Assembly: GCA_963699235.1 (NCBI GenBank)
Contig: OY969424.1
Coordinates: 1,914,964 to 1,978,963 of the forward strand
Length of the DNA: 64,000 bases
Origin: an uncultured Chloroflexia bacterium
GTDB taxonomy: Bacteria; Chloroflexota; Limnocylindria; QHBO01
Direction of reading: 5' to 3'
Below, piece by piece: positions 27,235 through 36,896 of the stretch. Within the stretch, counting starts at the first letter, position 1; every line of letters begins with the position of its first letter. Under the pieces are notes generated by a model. It was not told where the DNA came from. It saw nothing but the letters and a program-made list of their open reading frames with translations, and made no database searches. The position numbers and the translations under genes are program-made.

Positions 27235-27464
27235 AAGCTGGTTTCGTGTTGGGTCGGCTACCCGGCGGCGACACCCGACGCCCCACGAGCCGGGGCGGCC
27301 CGGCCTGGATCGTGTGCTGCGGCCGGACGCTCGAGGTCCACGAGGACCAGGCCCACTGCCCCCGGGAGGGCGTCGTCAGCCTGCACGAATGCCTGGACTG
27401 CCATCTCCTGGTCACGATCGCGCGGGAGCGAGACCCACGGTACGCATGCTCGACCGATGATTGA
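27231..27464 (+). CDS. small Cys/His-rich protein (77 aa), unknown function
   Basis: Sequence is MKAGFVLGRLPGGDTRRPTSRGGPAWIVCCGRTLEVHEDQAHCPREGVVSLHECLDCHLLVTIARERDPRYACSTDD. It overlaps both neighbours (ATGA upstream; 8-nt overlap with the kinase start). Whether it is coding is inferred only from the coupling and the Cys pattern. Confidence 0.45.
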   Translation: MKAGFVLGRLPGGDTRRPTSRGGPAWIVCCGRTLEVHEDQAHCPREGVVSLHECLDCHLLVTIARERDPRYACSTDD

Positions 27465-28635
27465 GCCCCACCTGCGGCAAGATGGGCCGATGGGGAGCGA
27501 TCGGTCGATTCGGGAGCGCGACGCGCTCGATGCCGCGGTGCGAAGCATCGCCGGCGAGCTGGATCTCGACCGCGTGCTCCAGCTCATCGTGGACCGCGTC
27601 CGCGAGCTGGCCGGCGGCGAGTACGCGGCCATCGGCATCATCGGGGCCGAGGGCACCCTCGAGAACTTCGTGACCAGCGGCATCTCCAACGCCGCCCGCC
27701 ACCGGATCGGCGCGCTGCCGAAGGGCCGTGGCCTGCTCGGACTCATCATCCGCGAGGCTGAATCGGTCCGGATCGCGGACATCGCCGCCGATCCCCGCCG
27801 GAGCGGGTTCCCCGACCACCACCCGCCGATGCGCAGCTTCCTGGGCGTCCCCGTCCAGCTGCGGGATCGGGCCATCGGGAACTTCTACCTCACCAACAAG
27901 CGGGGGGCGCCGGAGTTCAGCGTCGAGGACCAGGAGCTCGTCGAGCGGTTCGCGATGCACGCGGCCATCGCCATCGACAACGCCCGGCTCCACGAGCAGG
28001 TCCGCCGCCTCGCCGTGGTCGAGGAGCGGGATCGCATCGGCCGCGACCTCCACGACGGCGTGATCCAGCGCCTCTACGCCGTGACCCTGTCGCTGGACGA
28101 TGTTCCGGAGCTCATGGACGAGGCCCCGGCCGATGCCCGTGACCGCGTCGAGCATTCGATCGAGGCCATCCAGTCAGCCATCGGCGACATCCGCGAGTTC
28201 ATCTACGACCTGCGGCCGGTCCTCCTCTCGGTCGCGGACCTCCGCGCCGCGATGGGGGCGTTGGCCGACGAGGTCAGCCTTAGCGGCGCCACGATCGACG
28301 TCGAGGTGGAGGGTGATTCGATGCTGCAACCGGAGCTCGCCACCGAGCTGCTGGCCATCGCCCGTGAGGCGCTGAGCAATGTCGGGCGGCACGCGGCGAC
28401 CGACCGTGCCACTGTTCGGCTGGTGGTGGGCGATCGCGCGGTCCGGCTCACGGTCTCCGACGCGGGCGTCGGGTTCGACCCGGGTGCCCCGCGCGACGCA
28501 GGAAACCACGGCCTGAGCAACATGCGGGAACGGGCCGAGGCCCGCGACGGCCGGCTGGTCGTGACCTCTACGCCAGGGACGGGGACGACGGTGGTCGCCG
28601 AGATCCCCCGCCACGCGGCGGGGGGCGGACGATGA
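27457..28635 (+). CDS. GAF-domain sensor histidine kinase (HisKA_3 / NarL-partner class)
   Basis: 392 aa. It has a GAF domain (LDRVLQLIVDRVRELAGGEYAAIGII...FLGVPV), an H-box (ERDRIGRDLHDGVIQRLYAV) and an ATPase with N and G boxes (EALSNVGRHA; DAGVGF; GLSNMRERA). Confidence 0.9.
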   Translation: MIEPHLRQDGPMGSDRSIRERDALDAAVRSIAGELDLDRVLQLIVDRVRELAGGEYAAIGIIGAEGTLENFVTSGISNAARHRIGALPKGRGLLGLIIREAESVRIADIAADPRRSGFPDHHPPMRSFLGVPVQLRDRAIGNFYLTNKRGAPEFSVEDQELVERFAMHAAIAIDNARLHEQVRRLAVVEERDRIGRDLHDGVIQRLYAVTLSLDDVPELMDEAPADARDRVEHSIEAIQSAIGDIREFIYDLRPVLLSVADLRAAMGALADEVSLSGATIDVEVEGDSMLQPELATELLAIAREALSNVGRHAATDRATVRLVVGDRAVRLTVSDAGVGFDPGAPRDAGNHGLSNMRERAEARDGRLVVTSTPGTGTTVVAEIPRHAAGGGR

Positions 28636-29309
28636 CCTCTGCGGACCGGCCGGAGTCACCCATCCGGCTGCTCCTCGTGGACGACCACGAGGTCGTCCGG
28701 CAGGGCCTGCGGGCGCTGCTCGAGCGTCGCCCGGCGTTCCAGGTGGTCGCGGAGGCGGGAACGGTGGCCGAGGCCGTCGCGGCGGCCAGCCGATTCCGGC
28801 CAGAGCTGGTCCTGATGGACGTGCGCCTGCCCGACGGAAGCGGGATCGAGGCCTGCCGCACCATCCGCGGTGAGCTGCCGGAGACGCGGGTCGTGATGCT
28901 GACCAGCTACCCGGACGAGGAGGCCGTCCTGGCCGCCATCCTGGCCGGCGCCAGCGGCTATCTCCTGAAGGAGATCCGGGGTCGAGACCTCGTCGCGGCG
29001 CTGGAGAGGGTCGGCCGCGGGGACTCGCTGCTCGACCCCGCGGTGACCGAGCGCGTCCTGGAGCGCGTCCGGCGGCTCGCAGCGGGCGACGCCCACGACG
29101 AGCTGTCAGAGCTCACCTCGCAGGAGCGGAAGATTCTGATGCTGGTGGCCGAGGGCAAGACGAACCGGGAGATCGCGGCCGAGGTGTTCCTCTCGGACAA
29201 GACAGTCAAGAACTACGTCTCGTCCATCCTCTCCAAGCTCGATCTCCAGCGGCGAGCGCAGGCCGCGGCCTTTGTCGCCAAGCACCACCTCCGCGAGGAC
29301 GGAACCTAG
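28632..29309 (+). CDS. NarL/LuxR family response regulator
   Basis: 225 aa. It has a receiver domain (LLLVDDHEVVRQGL, LVLMDVRLPDGSG) and a LuxR HTH (LTSQERKILMLVAEGKTNREIAAEVFLSDKTVKNYVSSILSKL). The start overlaps the kinase stop (ATGA). Confidence 0.95.
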   Translation: MTSADRPESPIRLLLVDDHEVVRQGLRALLERRPAFQVVAEAGTVAEAVAAASRFRPELVLMDVRLPDGSGIEACRTIRGELPETRVVMLTSYPDEEAVLAAILAGASGYLLKEIRGRDLVAALERVGRGDSLLDPAVTERVLERVRRLAAGDAHDELSELTSQERKILMLVAEGKTNREIAAEVFLSDKTVKNYVSSILSKLDLQRRAQAAAFVAKHHLREDGT

Positions 29310-29327
29310 CGAGTCCTTCGGCCGCCG

Positions 29328-29702
29328 TTACGCGGTCGCAGGGCGATCCCGACCGATCCTCCCAAGGTGGGTGTCCTGGAAGCTGGTCGGCAGCTTGAGG
29401 CCGTAGCCGAGAGCCCGGTCGAAGCCGACGTGGGCGGCCAGGATGGCTGCCACTGCAATCGGCCACGGCTCTCTGATGATGATCGCGAGGAAGGCGAACG
29501 CCACCGCTATGGCCCAGTTGTGGACGAGGTTGTACGTGACCGCGCCGACGCGCGGCCCCGCCAGGTAGCCGATCGCCGACAGGTCCGGGGCCAGCAGGGC
29601 TGGAATGAGGAGCAACGGTGGGCCGCCGAGGATCAGAAAGGCCGCGATGCCCAGAATGCCGATCGCCGCCGACTCGATGCGGAGGATCCAGGCCACGCTC
29701 AT
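29328..29702 (-). CDS. DUF4260-like small membrane protein
   Basis: ATG at 29702 gives MSVAWILRIESAAIGILGIAAFLILGG...YNLVHNWAIAV...HVGFDRALGYGLK (124 aa). Confidence 0.65.
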   Translation of the reverse strand: MSVAWILRIESAAIGILGIAAFLILGGPPLLLIPALLAPDLSAIGYLAGPRVGAVTYNLVHNWAIAVAFAFLAIIIREPWPIAVAAILAAHVGFDRALGYGLKLPTSFQDTHLGRIGRDRPATA

Positions 29703-29718
29703 CGGGGTCGTGCCGCCG

Positions 29719-30813
29719 TCATTCCCACTTGAACAGTCTGACCGCGATGACGAACGAGATGACGCCCCAGATCGCCAGGCCGATGATGTCGGGCCCAATG
29801 ACATCGAGCCCGGCCCCGTCGTTGATGACGGCGCGGAGGGCGTTGTTGAGGTAGGTGAGCGGGAGGAAGCGGGTCACCTGCTGGAGGAACTCGGGCATCG
29901 CTTCCCGCGGGAAGAACGACCCGGACAGGAACATCATCGGCAGGCTGATGAGGTTGGCGACGGGTGCCGCCTGGTTCTCGTTCTTCGCCCAGCCCGCGAT
30001 CCCGTAGCCCATGGCGAGGAAGACGACCCCGCCCAGCACGCTCAGGCCGATGACCGCGGCCAGGCTGCCCACCAGCTGGACGCCGAACCAGAGGCCCACC
30101 CCGAGGAGAATCAGCACCTGGATGACGCTGATGATCAGCCGCGAGCCGACCTGGGCCGAGAGGAAGTAGCCGGGCGACGTGGGGGTCGCGAACAGCCGGC
30201 GCAGGGTCCCGGTTGTCTTGAGCTGGACGAAGCCGAAGGCCACGCTGAAGATGCCCAGCTGCATGATGGTCAGGCCCAGGATCCCCGGCACCAGGAAGTC
30301 GATGTAGCCCAGGTCGCGGCCGGCCACCTCCTCCACCACGACCAGCGGCTCGGGTGATCCCCCGCCTGCGACCACGATCGCCTGGGCGACCGCCGCGTTC
30401 ACGATGAGAAGCGCGGTCTGCCCTTCCTCGGCGGTGGCGGCATTGGTGTACGCGGTCAGAGGCTGGTAACCGGGGGCACCGGGCGCCACGAGCTCCCAGC
30501 CCTCGGGGAAGACGAGGACCAGGGACCGATCGCCCTCTTCGAGGGCGGCCAGCTCGTCGTCGAGGCTGCCCTCGCTGACCGTCAGGATCGGCACCTGCTC
30601 GAAGGAGTCGATCATGGCCGCGCTCGAGGTTGTCTCGGCCTCGTCCACGATCGCGAGGTCCAGCTCCGCCGCGGCGCCGAAGTTCAGGACCCCGAAGATC
30701 AGCATGATCACGAGCGGGAGGAAGAAGCTGAAGAAGACCGCCGTCCGGTCCCGGATGAACATCTTCCCGGACGCCACGAAGAGGTGCCAGAAGATCTCGA
30801 ACCGTCCGGCCAT
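29719..30813 (-). CDS. ABC-2 type transporter permease
   Basis: 364 aa. One N-terminal TM, a large extracytoplasmic loop, then 5 TM helices (ABC-2 layout). It follows the ATPase gene after 3 nt. Confidence 0.9.
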   Translation of the reverse strand: MAGRFEIFWHLFVASGKMFIRDRTAVFFSFFLPLVIMLIFGVLNFGAAAELDLAIVDEAETTSSAAMIDSFEQVPILTVSEGSLDDELAALEEGDRSLVLVFPEGWELVAPGAPGYQPLTAYTNAATAEEGQTALLIVNAAVAQAIVVAGGGSPEPLVVVEEVAGRDLGYIDFLVPGILGLTIMQLGIFSVAFGFVQLKTTGTLRRLFATPTSPGYFLSAQVGSRLIISVIQVLILLGVGLWFGVQLVGSLAAVIGLSVLGGVVFLAMGYGIAGWAKNENQAAPVANLISLPMMFLSGSFFPREAMPEFLQQVTRFLPLTYLNNALRAVINDGAGLDVIGPDIIGLAIWGVISFVIAVRLFKWE

Positions 30814-30816
30814 CGG

Positions 30817-31614
30817 TCAGTCCTCGCGCAGGTCGTGGCCGGTGAGGTCGATGAACACGTCCTCGAGGTTGGCCAGGCGCTCGGTTCGCTCTTTGGTGAA
30901 GCCGCGGCCCAGCAGCGACCCGACGAGCGCGTCCGGACTGTCGAGGGCGACGATCTTCCCGCCGTCCATGATCGCGACCCGGTCGCAGAGGGTCTCCGCC
31001 TCCTCCATGTAGTGGGTGGTGAGGACGACGGTGTGGCCCCGCTCCCGGATCTGGGCGATGAGCCCCCAGAGGTGGCGGCGAGCCTGGGGATCGAGCCCGG
31101 TGGTGGGCTCGTCGAGGAAGAGGACCCGGGGGTCGTTGACCAGGGCGGAGGCGATGCTGAACCGCTGCTTCTGGCCGCCGGACAGGGCCCGCACCCGGCT
31201 CTTCGCCTTCTCGGTCAGCCCGACCTCGGCCAGGAGGGCGGCCGCATCGGCCTCCACGTGGTAGAGGTGGCCGAAGAGGACGAGCAGCTCGGTGAGGTTG
31301 AGCTCGTCGAAGAACGACGAGGACTGGAGCTGGATGCCGATCCGGGCCTTCACCGCCTGCGGGTTGGCCCCGACGTCGAGGCCGTCCACCGTGGCCGATC
31401 CGCCGTCGATCGGGCGCATGCCCTCGATCATCTCCAGGGTCGTGGTCTTGCCCGCGCCGTTCGGCCCGAGGATGCCGAAGACCTCGCCTTCACGGACCTC
31501 GAAGCTCACCCCGTCCACCGCCTGGAGCGAGCCGTACGCCTTGCGCAGGTCGCGGGCGACGATGATCGGGGCGCCGGTCGCGCGCGGGGCCGGCGTCGGG
31601 GCGCTGGTGGTCAC
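30817..31614 (-). CDS. ABC transporter ATP-binding protein
   Basis: 265 aa with Walker A GPNGAGKTT, signature LSGGQKQR and Walker B LFLDEPTTGLD. Confidence 0.95.
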   Translation of the reverse strand: MTTSAPTPAPRATGAPIIVARDLRKAYGSLQAVDGVSFEVREGEVFGILGPNGAGKTTTLEMIEGMRPIDGGSATVDGLDVGANPQAVKARIGIQLQSSSFFDELNLTELLVLFGHLYHVEADAAALLAEVGLTEKAKSRVRALSGGQKQRFSIASALVNDPRVLFLDEPTTGLDPQARRHLWGLIAQIRERGHTVVLTTHYMEEAETLCDRVAIMDGGKIVALDSPDALVGSLLGRGFTKERTERLANLEDVFIDLTGHDLRED

Positions 31615-31636
31615 GACGCCGATGGTACCCGCCGGT

Positions 31637-33037
31637 TCAGACGTGGCGCCAGACGCGCCAGATGGCGCCGGTGTCCGTCAGCGGGTCTCCGTGGACCAGG
31701 AAGAAGCGCGCCGGCCCGCCCTCACGGATGACGCCCGCGTCCGGAATGCCGAGCGCCTCCCCGCCCCGCCAGGTGACGGCGGCCAGGGCGTCCACCGGCG
31801 GGATGCCGGCACTCACCAGGGCTTGGAACTCCCAGCCGATGTGGTTGGCCCGGGTTGACCCGCCACCTGAGTCGGAACCGGCGGCGATCGTCACCCCGGC
31901 CGCCCGGGCGGTGCGAACCGCGGCCTCGGCGCCCGCCAGCTGGCCCTCCAGGCGGCGGATCGAGGAGGGCGCCGCGTAGAACGGGACTGTGGTGGTGGCC
32001 GCGAAGCTGAGCCACGACCGAAAGACGCTCAGCGTCGATACCAGGATCGTGCCGGTGTCGCGCATCCGCCGGGCGGTGTAGGCATCGAGCTCGGTCCCGT
32101 GCTCGATGGTGTCCACGCCGGCTTCCACCCCGGTCTGGATGTCGCGGATGCGCCCGGCATGGGCCGCGACTCGCGCCCCCCGGGCGTGGACGGCGTCTAC
32201 TACCCGCTTCGTCTCGGCGATCGACCACGGGGTGGCGTTGAGGTCGGGGCCTTCGAGGTACAGCTTCACGAGGTCCGCCCCGGCGTCCAGCTGGCCGAGG
32301 GCGACGGCCAGCAGCTCGTCGGCGTTGGCGGCCTCGGCGCTGATCCGGTCGGTCATCACGCCGGCGCGGGTGACCCAGCTGCCCGCGGCCCGGATCTCGG
32401 GGAACCCGGCCCGTCCCCGCAGCCGGTCGCGGACGCCGAGGGACGCGGCACGGACCCGGCCGTCCACCGGGTCGGTGACGATCGGCGCGCCGAGGTCCCG
32501 GACCCAGCGGACACCGGCACGCCACGCCAGCGCGGCGTTCGCCTCTCCGGTCGCCGCCAGCGTGGCCGGTGGGTCGCTGAAGCGAGCGATCCAGTTCACG
32601 CCGCCGGCACCGGTCAGGTGAGCGTGGGCATCGACCATGCCCGGCACGATCGTGGCGCCGGCGGCGTCCACCACCGTCGCGCCGCTCACCGGCTCCTCGC
32701 CTCCGACGGGCCGGATCCAGACCACCGTCCCGTCGCGGACCAGCACGCTGAGGTTCCTTCGAAGTGAGGCCGATCGGCCGTCAGCCATCGCCGCGCCGCG
32801 GAAGATGACGGGCGCCGATGGGGCGGGTGTGGGCACGGGCGTCGGGGAAGGAGCGGGTGACGGGGTCTCCGCAAGAGTTGGGCTCGGCTCGGGAGTGAAG
32901 GAGATCGCCGGCCGCGGCGTCGGACTGGCCGTCGGCAGGAGGGTTTCGGCACAGGCCGCCAGAAAGGCCGCGGGCGTGAGGGCGCCCAGCTGCAGGATCC
33001 GCCGGCGCGAGATGCGCGCCGGGTCCGGCCCGGTCAC
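31637..33037 (-). CDS. amidohydrolase family protein with Tat-like signal and lipobox
   Basis: GTG at 33037 overlaps the GT4 stop (GTGA). The N-terminus ISRRRILQLGALTPAAFLAAC is followed by a Pro/Thr-rich linker and a metal-dependent hydrolase core (GMVDAHAHL ... HAGR ... IEHG ... AGSDSG). 466 aa. Confidence 0.8.
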   Translation of the reverse strand: MTGPDPARISRRRILQLGALTPAAFLAACAETLLPTASPTPRPAISFTPEPSPTLAETPSPAPSPTPVPTPAPSAPVIFRGAAMADGRSASLRRNLSVLVRDGTVVWIRPVGGEEPVSGATVVDAAGATIVPGMVDAHAHLTGAGGVNWIARFSDPPATLAATGEANAALAWRAGVRWVRDLGAPIVTDPVDGRVRAASLGVRDRLRGRAGFPEIRAAGSWVTRAGVMTDRISAEAANADELLAVALGQLDAGADLVKLYLEGPDLNATPWSIAETKRVVDAVHARGARVAAHAGRIRDIQTGVEAGVDTIEHGTELDAYTARRMRDTGTILVSTLSVFRSWLSFAATTTVPFYAAPSSIRRLEGQLAGAEAAVRTARAAGVTIAAGSDSGGGSTRANHIGWEFQALVSAGIPPVDALAAVTWRGGEALGIPDAGVIREGGPARFFLVHGDPLTDTGAIWRVWRHV

Positions 33038-34233
33038 CCCACGACGGCCTCGTACACCGCCAGCGTCCGGGTGGCCACGCTCGCCCAGCCGAACTGCTCC
33101 TCGGCGCGTTCCCGACCGGCCTCTCCCATCGCCGCGCGCCGCGCCGGGTCCGCGACCAGGCCGTTGATGGCGGCCGCCAGGTCGAGCGCGACCTGGTCGG
33201 GATCGACGGCTCCGCCGTTCGCGTCCGCAATGTCGACCAGGAGGCCCGTGCGGCCGTGGTCCACCACCTCGGGGATTCCCCCGACGCGCGTCGCGACGAC
33301 TGGCACCCCGCAGGCCATGGCCTCCAGGTTGGTGATCCCGAACGGCTCGTAGGCCGAGGGGCAGACGAAGACTGCGGCGTGGGTGTACAGCTGGCGAACG
33401 GTCCGCCGATCGAGCATCTCCGGGATCCAGTGAATGGCCCGGGTGGGGGCCACCGTCCGCGCCGCCGTGAGGCCCGCCTCGACCTCGGCCGCGATCTCTT
33501 CGGTGTCTGGCTGGCCGGCTGCCAGCACGACCGCGATCCTCGGATCGAGGTGCGGGATGGCATCCACCAGGGTCGTGATCCCCTTCTGTCGCGTCACCCG
33601 GCCGACGAACAGGACATACGGCGAGCCTCGGTCGATCCCGAAGCGGCGGAGCGCGTCCCAGCCGGTGTCCGGCGCAAAGGCTGCGATGTCGATCCCGTTG
33701 TGGACGACGTGGATCCGCGAGGGATCGACCTCGAAATGCTCGAGGACGTCGCGGCGGGTCGCGTCGCTGACGGCGATCACCGCGTCGGCGCCCTCCAGGG
33801 CCTGCCGCTCGACCCAGGCCGAGGCGTCGTAGCCGCTGCCCAACTGCTCGCGCTTCCACGGCCGCAGCGGCTCGAGCGAGTGGACGGTGACCACCAGCGG
33901 GAGACCGTAGGCCTGACCGATGACCAGGCCGCCGAGGTGGGTGTACCAGGTGTGGCAGTGGACGAGGTCGGCGGCCGGCTGGTCCGCCGCCATCGCCAGG
34001 TTTCGGCTGAACGCGGCGAGGACCGGGCGCAGGAGCTCCGGCGCGCCGGCGACGTCGAGCGCGGCGGGGTAGCCGTGGACCCGCCAGCCTGGCTCGTCGT
34101 GTGCGTGGTCGCCGAAGGTCCGGATGTCGAGATCGGCCTGTCCGCGCAGCGCGTTCGCCAGCTCCCCGACGTGGACGCCAGCGCCGCCGTAGACCGACGG
34201 AGGGAACTCGTTGGTCAGCATCAGGACCCGCAC
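33034..34233 (-). CDS. GT4 glycosyltransferase of the actinobacterial GlgA/GlgM (alpha-maltose-1-phosphate / glycogen synthase) type
   Basis: 399 aa. It looks collinear with mycobacterial GlgM as recalled: [76 protein letters not shown]. Confidence 0.85.
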   Translation of the reverse strand: MRVLMLTNEFPPSVYGGAGVHVGELANALRGQADLDIRTFGDHAHDEPGWRVHGYPAALDVAGAPELLRPVLAAFSRNLAMAADQPAADLVHCHTWYTHLGGLVIGQAYGLPLVVTVHSLEPLRPWKREQLGSGYDASAWVERQALEGADAVIAVSDATRRDVLEHFEVDPSRIHVVHNGIDIAAFAPDTGWDALRRFGIDRGSPYVLFVGRVTRQKGITTLVDAIPHLDPRIAVVLAAGQPDTEEIAAEVEAGLTAARTVAPTRAIHWIPEMLDRRTVRQLYTHAAVFVCPSAYEPFGITNLEAMACGVPVVATRVGGIPEVVDHGRTGLLVDIADANGGAVDPDQVALDLAAAINGLVADPARRAAMGEAGRERAEEQFGWASVATRTLAVYEAVVG

Positions 34234-34281
34234 CGGGGCAGCCTACCCCGGACCACCCACCGCCGCCCCGATGGGACGCCG

Positions 34282-34314
34282 TTGACGCTCCACGGATACT
34301 CCCCCATAGTATCC
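34282..34314 (+). promoter_or_regulatory. candidate copA promoter with overlapping dyad operator
   Basis: TTGACG (34282..34287), a 17-nt spacer, then CATAGT. A 7-bp dyad GGATACT-CCCCCAT-AGTATCC (34294..34314) covers the -10 region. It lies 24 nt upstream of the copA ATG. Confidence 0.35.
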
Positions 34315-34337
34315 ATCGAGTTCGAGCCGCCACCCCG

Positions 34338-36667
34338 ATGACCCAGCATTCCCCCTCGCCAGCCACCACCGCGCCCGCGCGCCTCGAGATCGTCCTGCCT
34401 GTCGAAGGCATGACCTGCGCGAGCTGCGTGAACCGGATCGAGCGGTTCCTCCATCGCGCCGACGGGGTCGAGTCCGCCACCGTCAACCTCGCCACCGAGC
34501 AGGCAGCGGTGGTCTACGACCCGGCGCGTATCGATCGTACGGCGATCGTCGGTGCCATCGCCGCGGCCGGCTACGACGTCCGCACCGGAGCAGCCGATGC
34601 CCTGGCCCGCGCGCCCGCCGTCCCCGCCAACAACGACATCGAGGTTGCGCGCGCCGCAGAACGGCGAGCCCTGCTCCGTGACGGGGTAGCCGCCACCGGC
34701 ATCGGTCTGTTGATGATGCTGGCCACCTTCTGGCCCGGGGGGCTGCCCCTGACGTTGGAGCAGCTCAACCTCGCCCTCCTGGTACCGGCCACGGTCGTCC
34801 AGCTCGTGCTCGGGCGTCGGTTCACCGGGCGCGCCGTGCGCGGCCTGCGCCACGGGGACCTGACCATGGACACCCTCGTAGCGATGGGCACTTGGGCCGC
34901 CTACCTGTACTCGGTGGCGATCACGCTGGCCCCGGCGGCGGCGACGAGGGCCGGGCTGCCGCTCGAGACGTTCTTCGAGACCGCGGCCATCATCATCGGC
35001 TTCGTCCTCATCGGGCGCTGGCTGGAGGCCCGCGCCAAGAACGAGGCGTCCGGGGCGATCCGGGCCCTCCTCCGCCGTCTCCCGCCGACCGCCCGGGTGA
35101 TCCGCGATGGGGCCGAGGTGGCGGTGCCACTCGACGCGGTTCGGGTAGGTGACGTGGTCCGGGTCCGACCCGGGGAGCGGATCGCGGTCGATGGGCTCGT
35201 GGTGCACGGGTCGAGCGCGGTCGACGAGTCGATGCTGAGCGGCGAGTCGGTGCCGGTGGAGAAGGAACCGGAGGACCGGGTGACCGGCGCCACCCTGAAC
35301 CTGCAGGGGACGCTCACGGTCCGTACCGACCGGGTGGGATCCGACACGACCCTGGCCCAGATCGCTCGCCTGGTCGAGCAGGCCCAGGGATCGAAGGCAC
35401 CCATCCAGCACGTCGTGGACCGGGTCGTGGCCTGGTTCGTGCCCGTCGTGGCGCTCGTCGCGGCGGCCACGTTTGCGGCCTGGATGCTGCTCGGGCCCGA
35501 GCCTCGGCTGCCCCTGGCCCTCGCCAGTGCGATCGGGGTGCTCATCATCGCGTGCCCGTGTGCCATGGGCCTGGCGACACCGACAGCCCTCATCGTGAGC
35601 GCGGGCCGAGGGGCCGAGGCAGGGATCCTCCTCCGCGACGGCGCCGCCGTGGAGCGCGCCGCGACCGTCACCGACGTCGTCTTCGACAAGACCGGGACCC
35701 TGACGCGCGGCCGGCCGGAGGTGACGGCGGTGCTCCCCACCGACAGCGGTCCGGACGGGACCGAGCGCCTCGTGCGCGATGCCGCCGCCGCCGAGCGCGG
35801 GAGCGAGCACCCGTACGCCTCGGCCATCGTCCGCTGGGCGGGCGCCGGGGGTATCGACGTCGAGCCGGTGACCGTCAGCGGGTTCACCGCAACCGCCGGG
35901 GGCGGGGTGAAGGCCGCGGTCGATGGGCAGCAGCTGGTGGTGGGCAGCGAGCCGTTCCTCGCCGAATCGGGCATCCCCGGACCGCTGCCCGCCGATCTCG
36001 CCCGCGTCGCGGAGGAGGCTGCCGACGACGGGCAAACCGGGGTCTGGGTCGCGCGCGACGGCGAGGTGGCTGGCCTCATCCTCCTGGCCGATGGCCTGAA
36101 GCCATCGGCCATCGCGGCCGTCGCTCGGGTGAAACGCATCGGTCTCCAACCGTGGATGCTCAGTGGCGACCGGGAGGGGGTCGCGGGTGCGGTGGCCGCC
36201 CAGATCGGCATCCCACCCGAGCGGGTCCGTGCCGAGGTGGGACCGGACGGCAAGGCCGAGGTCGTCTCCACCCTCCAGGCCGGGGGGCGGACGGTGGCGA
36301 TGGTGGGCGACGGGCTGAACGACGGTCCGGCCCTGGCGCAGGCCGACCTCGGCATCGCGATCGGGACCGGGGCCGACGTCGCGATCGAGGCCAGCGACAT
36401 GACCCTGATCGGGGACGACCTGCGGGCGGTGGCCACCGGCGTCGCCCTGGCCCGGGCCACGATGCGGATCATCCGCCAGAACCTGGTCTGGGCCTTCGGC
36501 TACAACGTCGTCCTCATCCCGGTCGCGGCGGGCATCCTGTACCCGTTCACCGGGTGGACTCTGAGCCCGGCGCTCGCGGCGGGGGCGATGGCGCTCTCGA
36601 GCGTGAGTGTCGTGACCAACTCCCTGCGCCTGCGCCGCTTCCGAGCACGCCCGACGCGGGCCTCTGA
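34338..36667 (+). CDS. copA: copper-translocating P1B-type ATPase (3-prime end undefined: no in-frame stop)
   Basis: Contains HMA domain GMTCASC, the CPC motif ([11 protein letters not shown]), DKTGTLT and [11 protein letters not shown]; the last TM helix ends ..[12 protein letters not shown] near 36641. The frame then stays open through the YHS gene and into the esterase ORF (track ORF 34101..37949). The end given here is the nearest stop (TGA 36665..36667), which is out of frame. Confidence 0.85.
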
Positions 36668-36690
36668 CGAAACAGGCAGGAGGACAGCCG

Positions 36691-36885
36691 ATGTCGATGG
36701 TGACCGAATCCGAGCCCCGCGACCCGGTCTGCGGCATGGTGGTGGACCCCCTCCGGGCCGAGGCGAACGGGCTGGTCGAGGAGCACGCCGGTGTCCGCTA
36801 CATCTTCTGCGGCCGGGGGTGCCTCCTCGACTTCCGGGACGACCCGGACCACTACCTCGACCCCGGCTACGTCCCGCACATGTAG
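36691..36885 (+). CDS. YHS/TRASH-domain metal-binding protein
   Basis: 64 aa. AGGAGG lies 7 nt before the ATG. Contains [10 protein letters not shown]...[23 protein letters not shown], the YHS-domain consensus. Confidence 0.8.
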   Translation: MSMVTESEPRDPVCGMVVDPLRAEANGLVEEHAGVRYIFCGRGCLLDFRDDPDHYLDPGYVPHM

Positions 36886-36896
36886 GCTGCGTCCCG

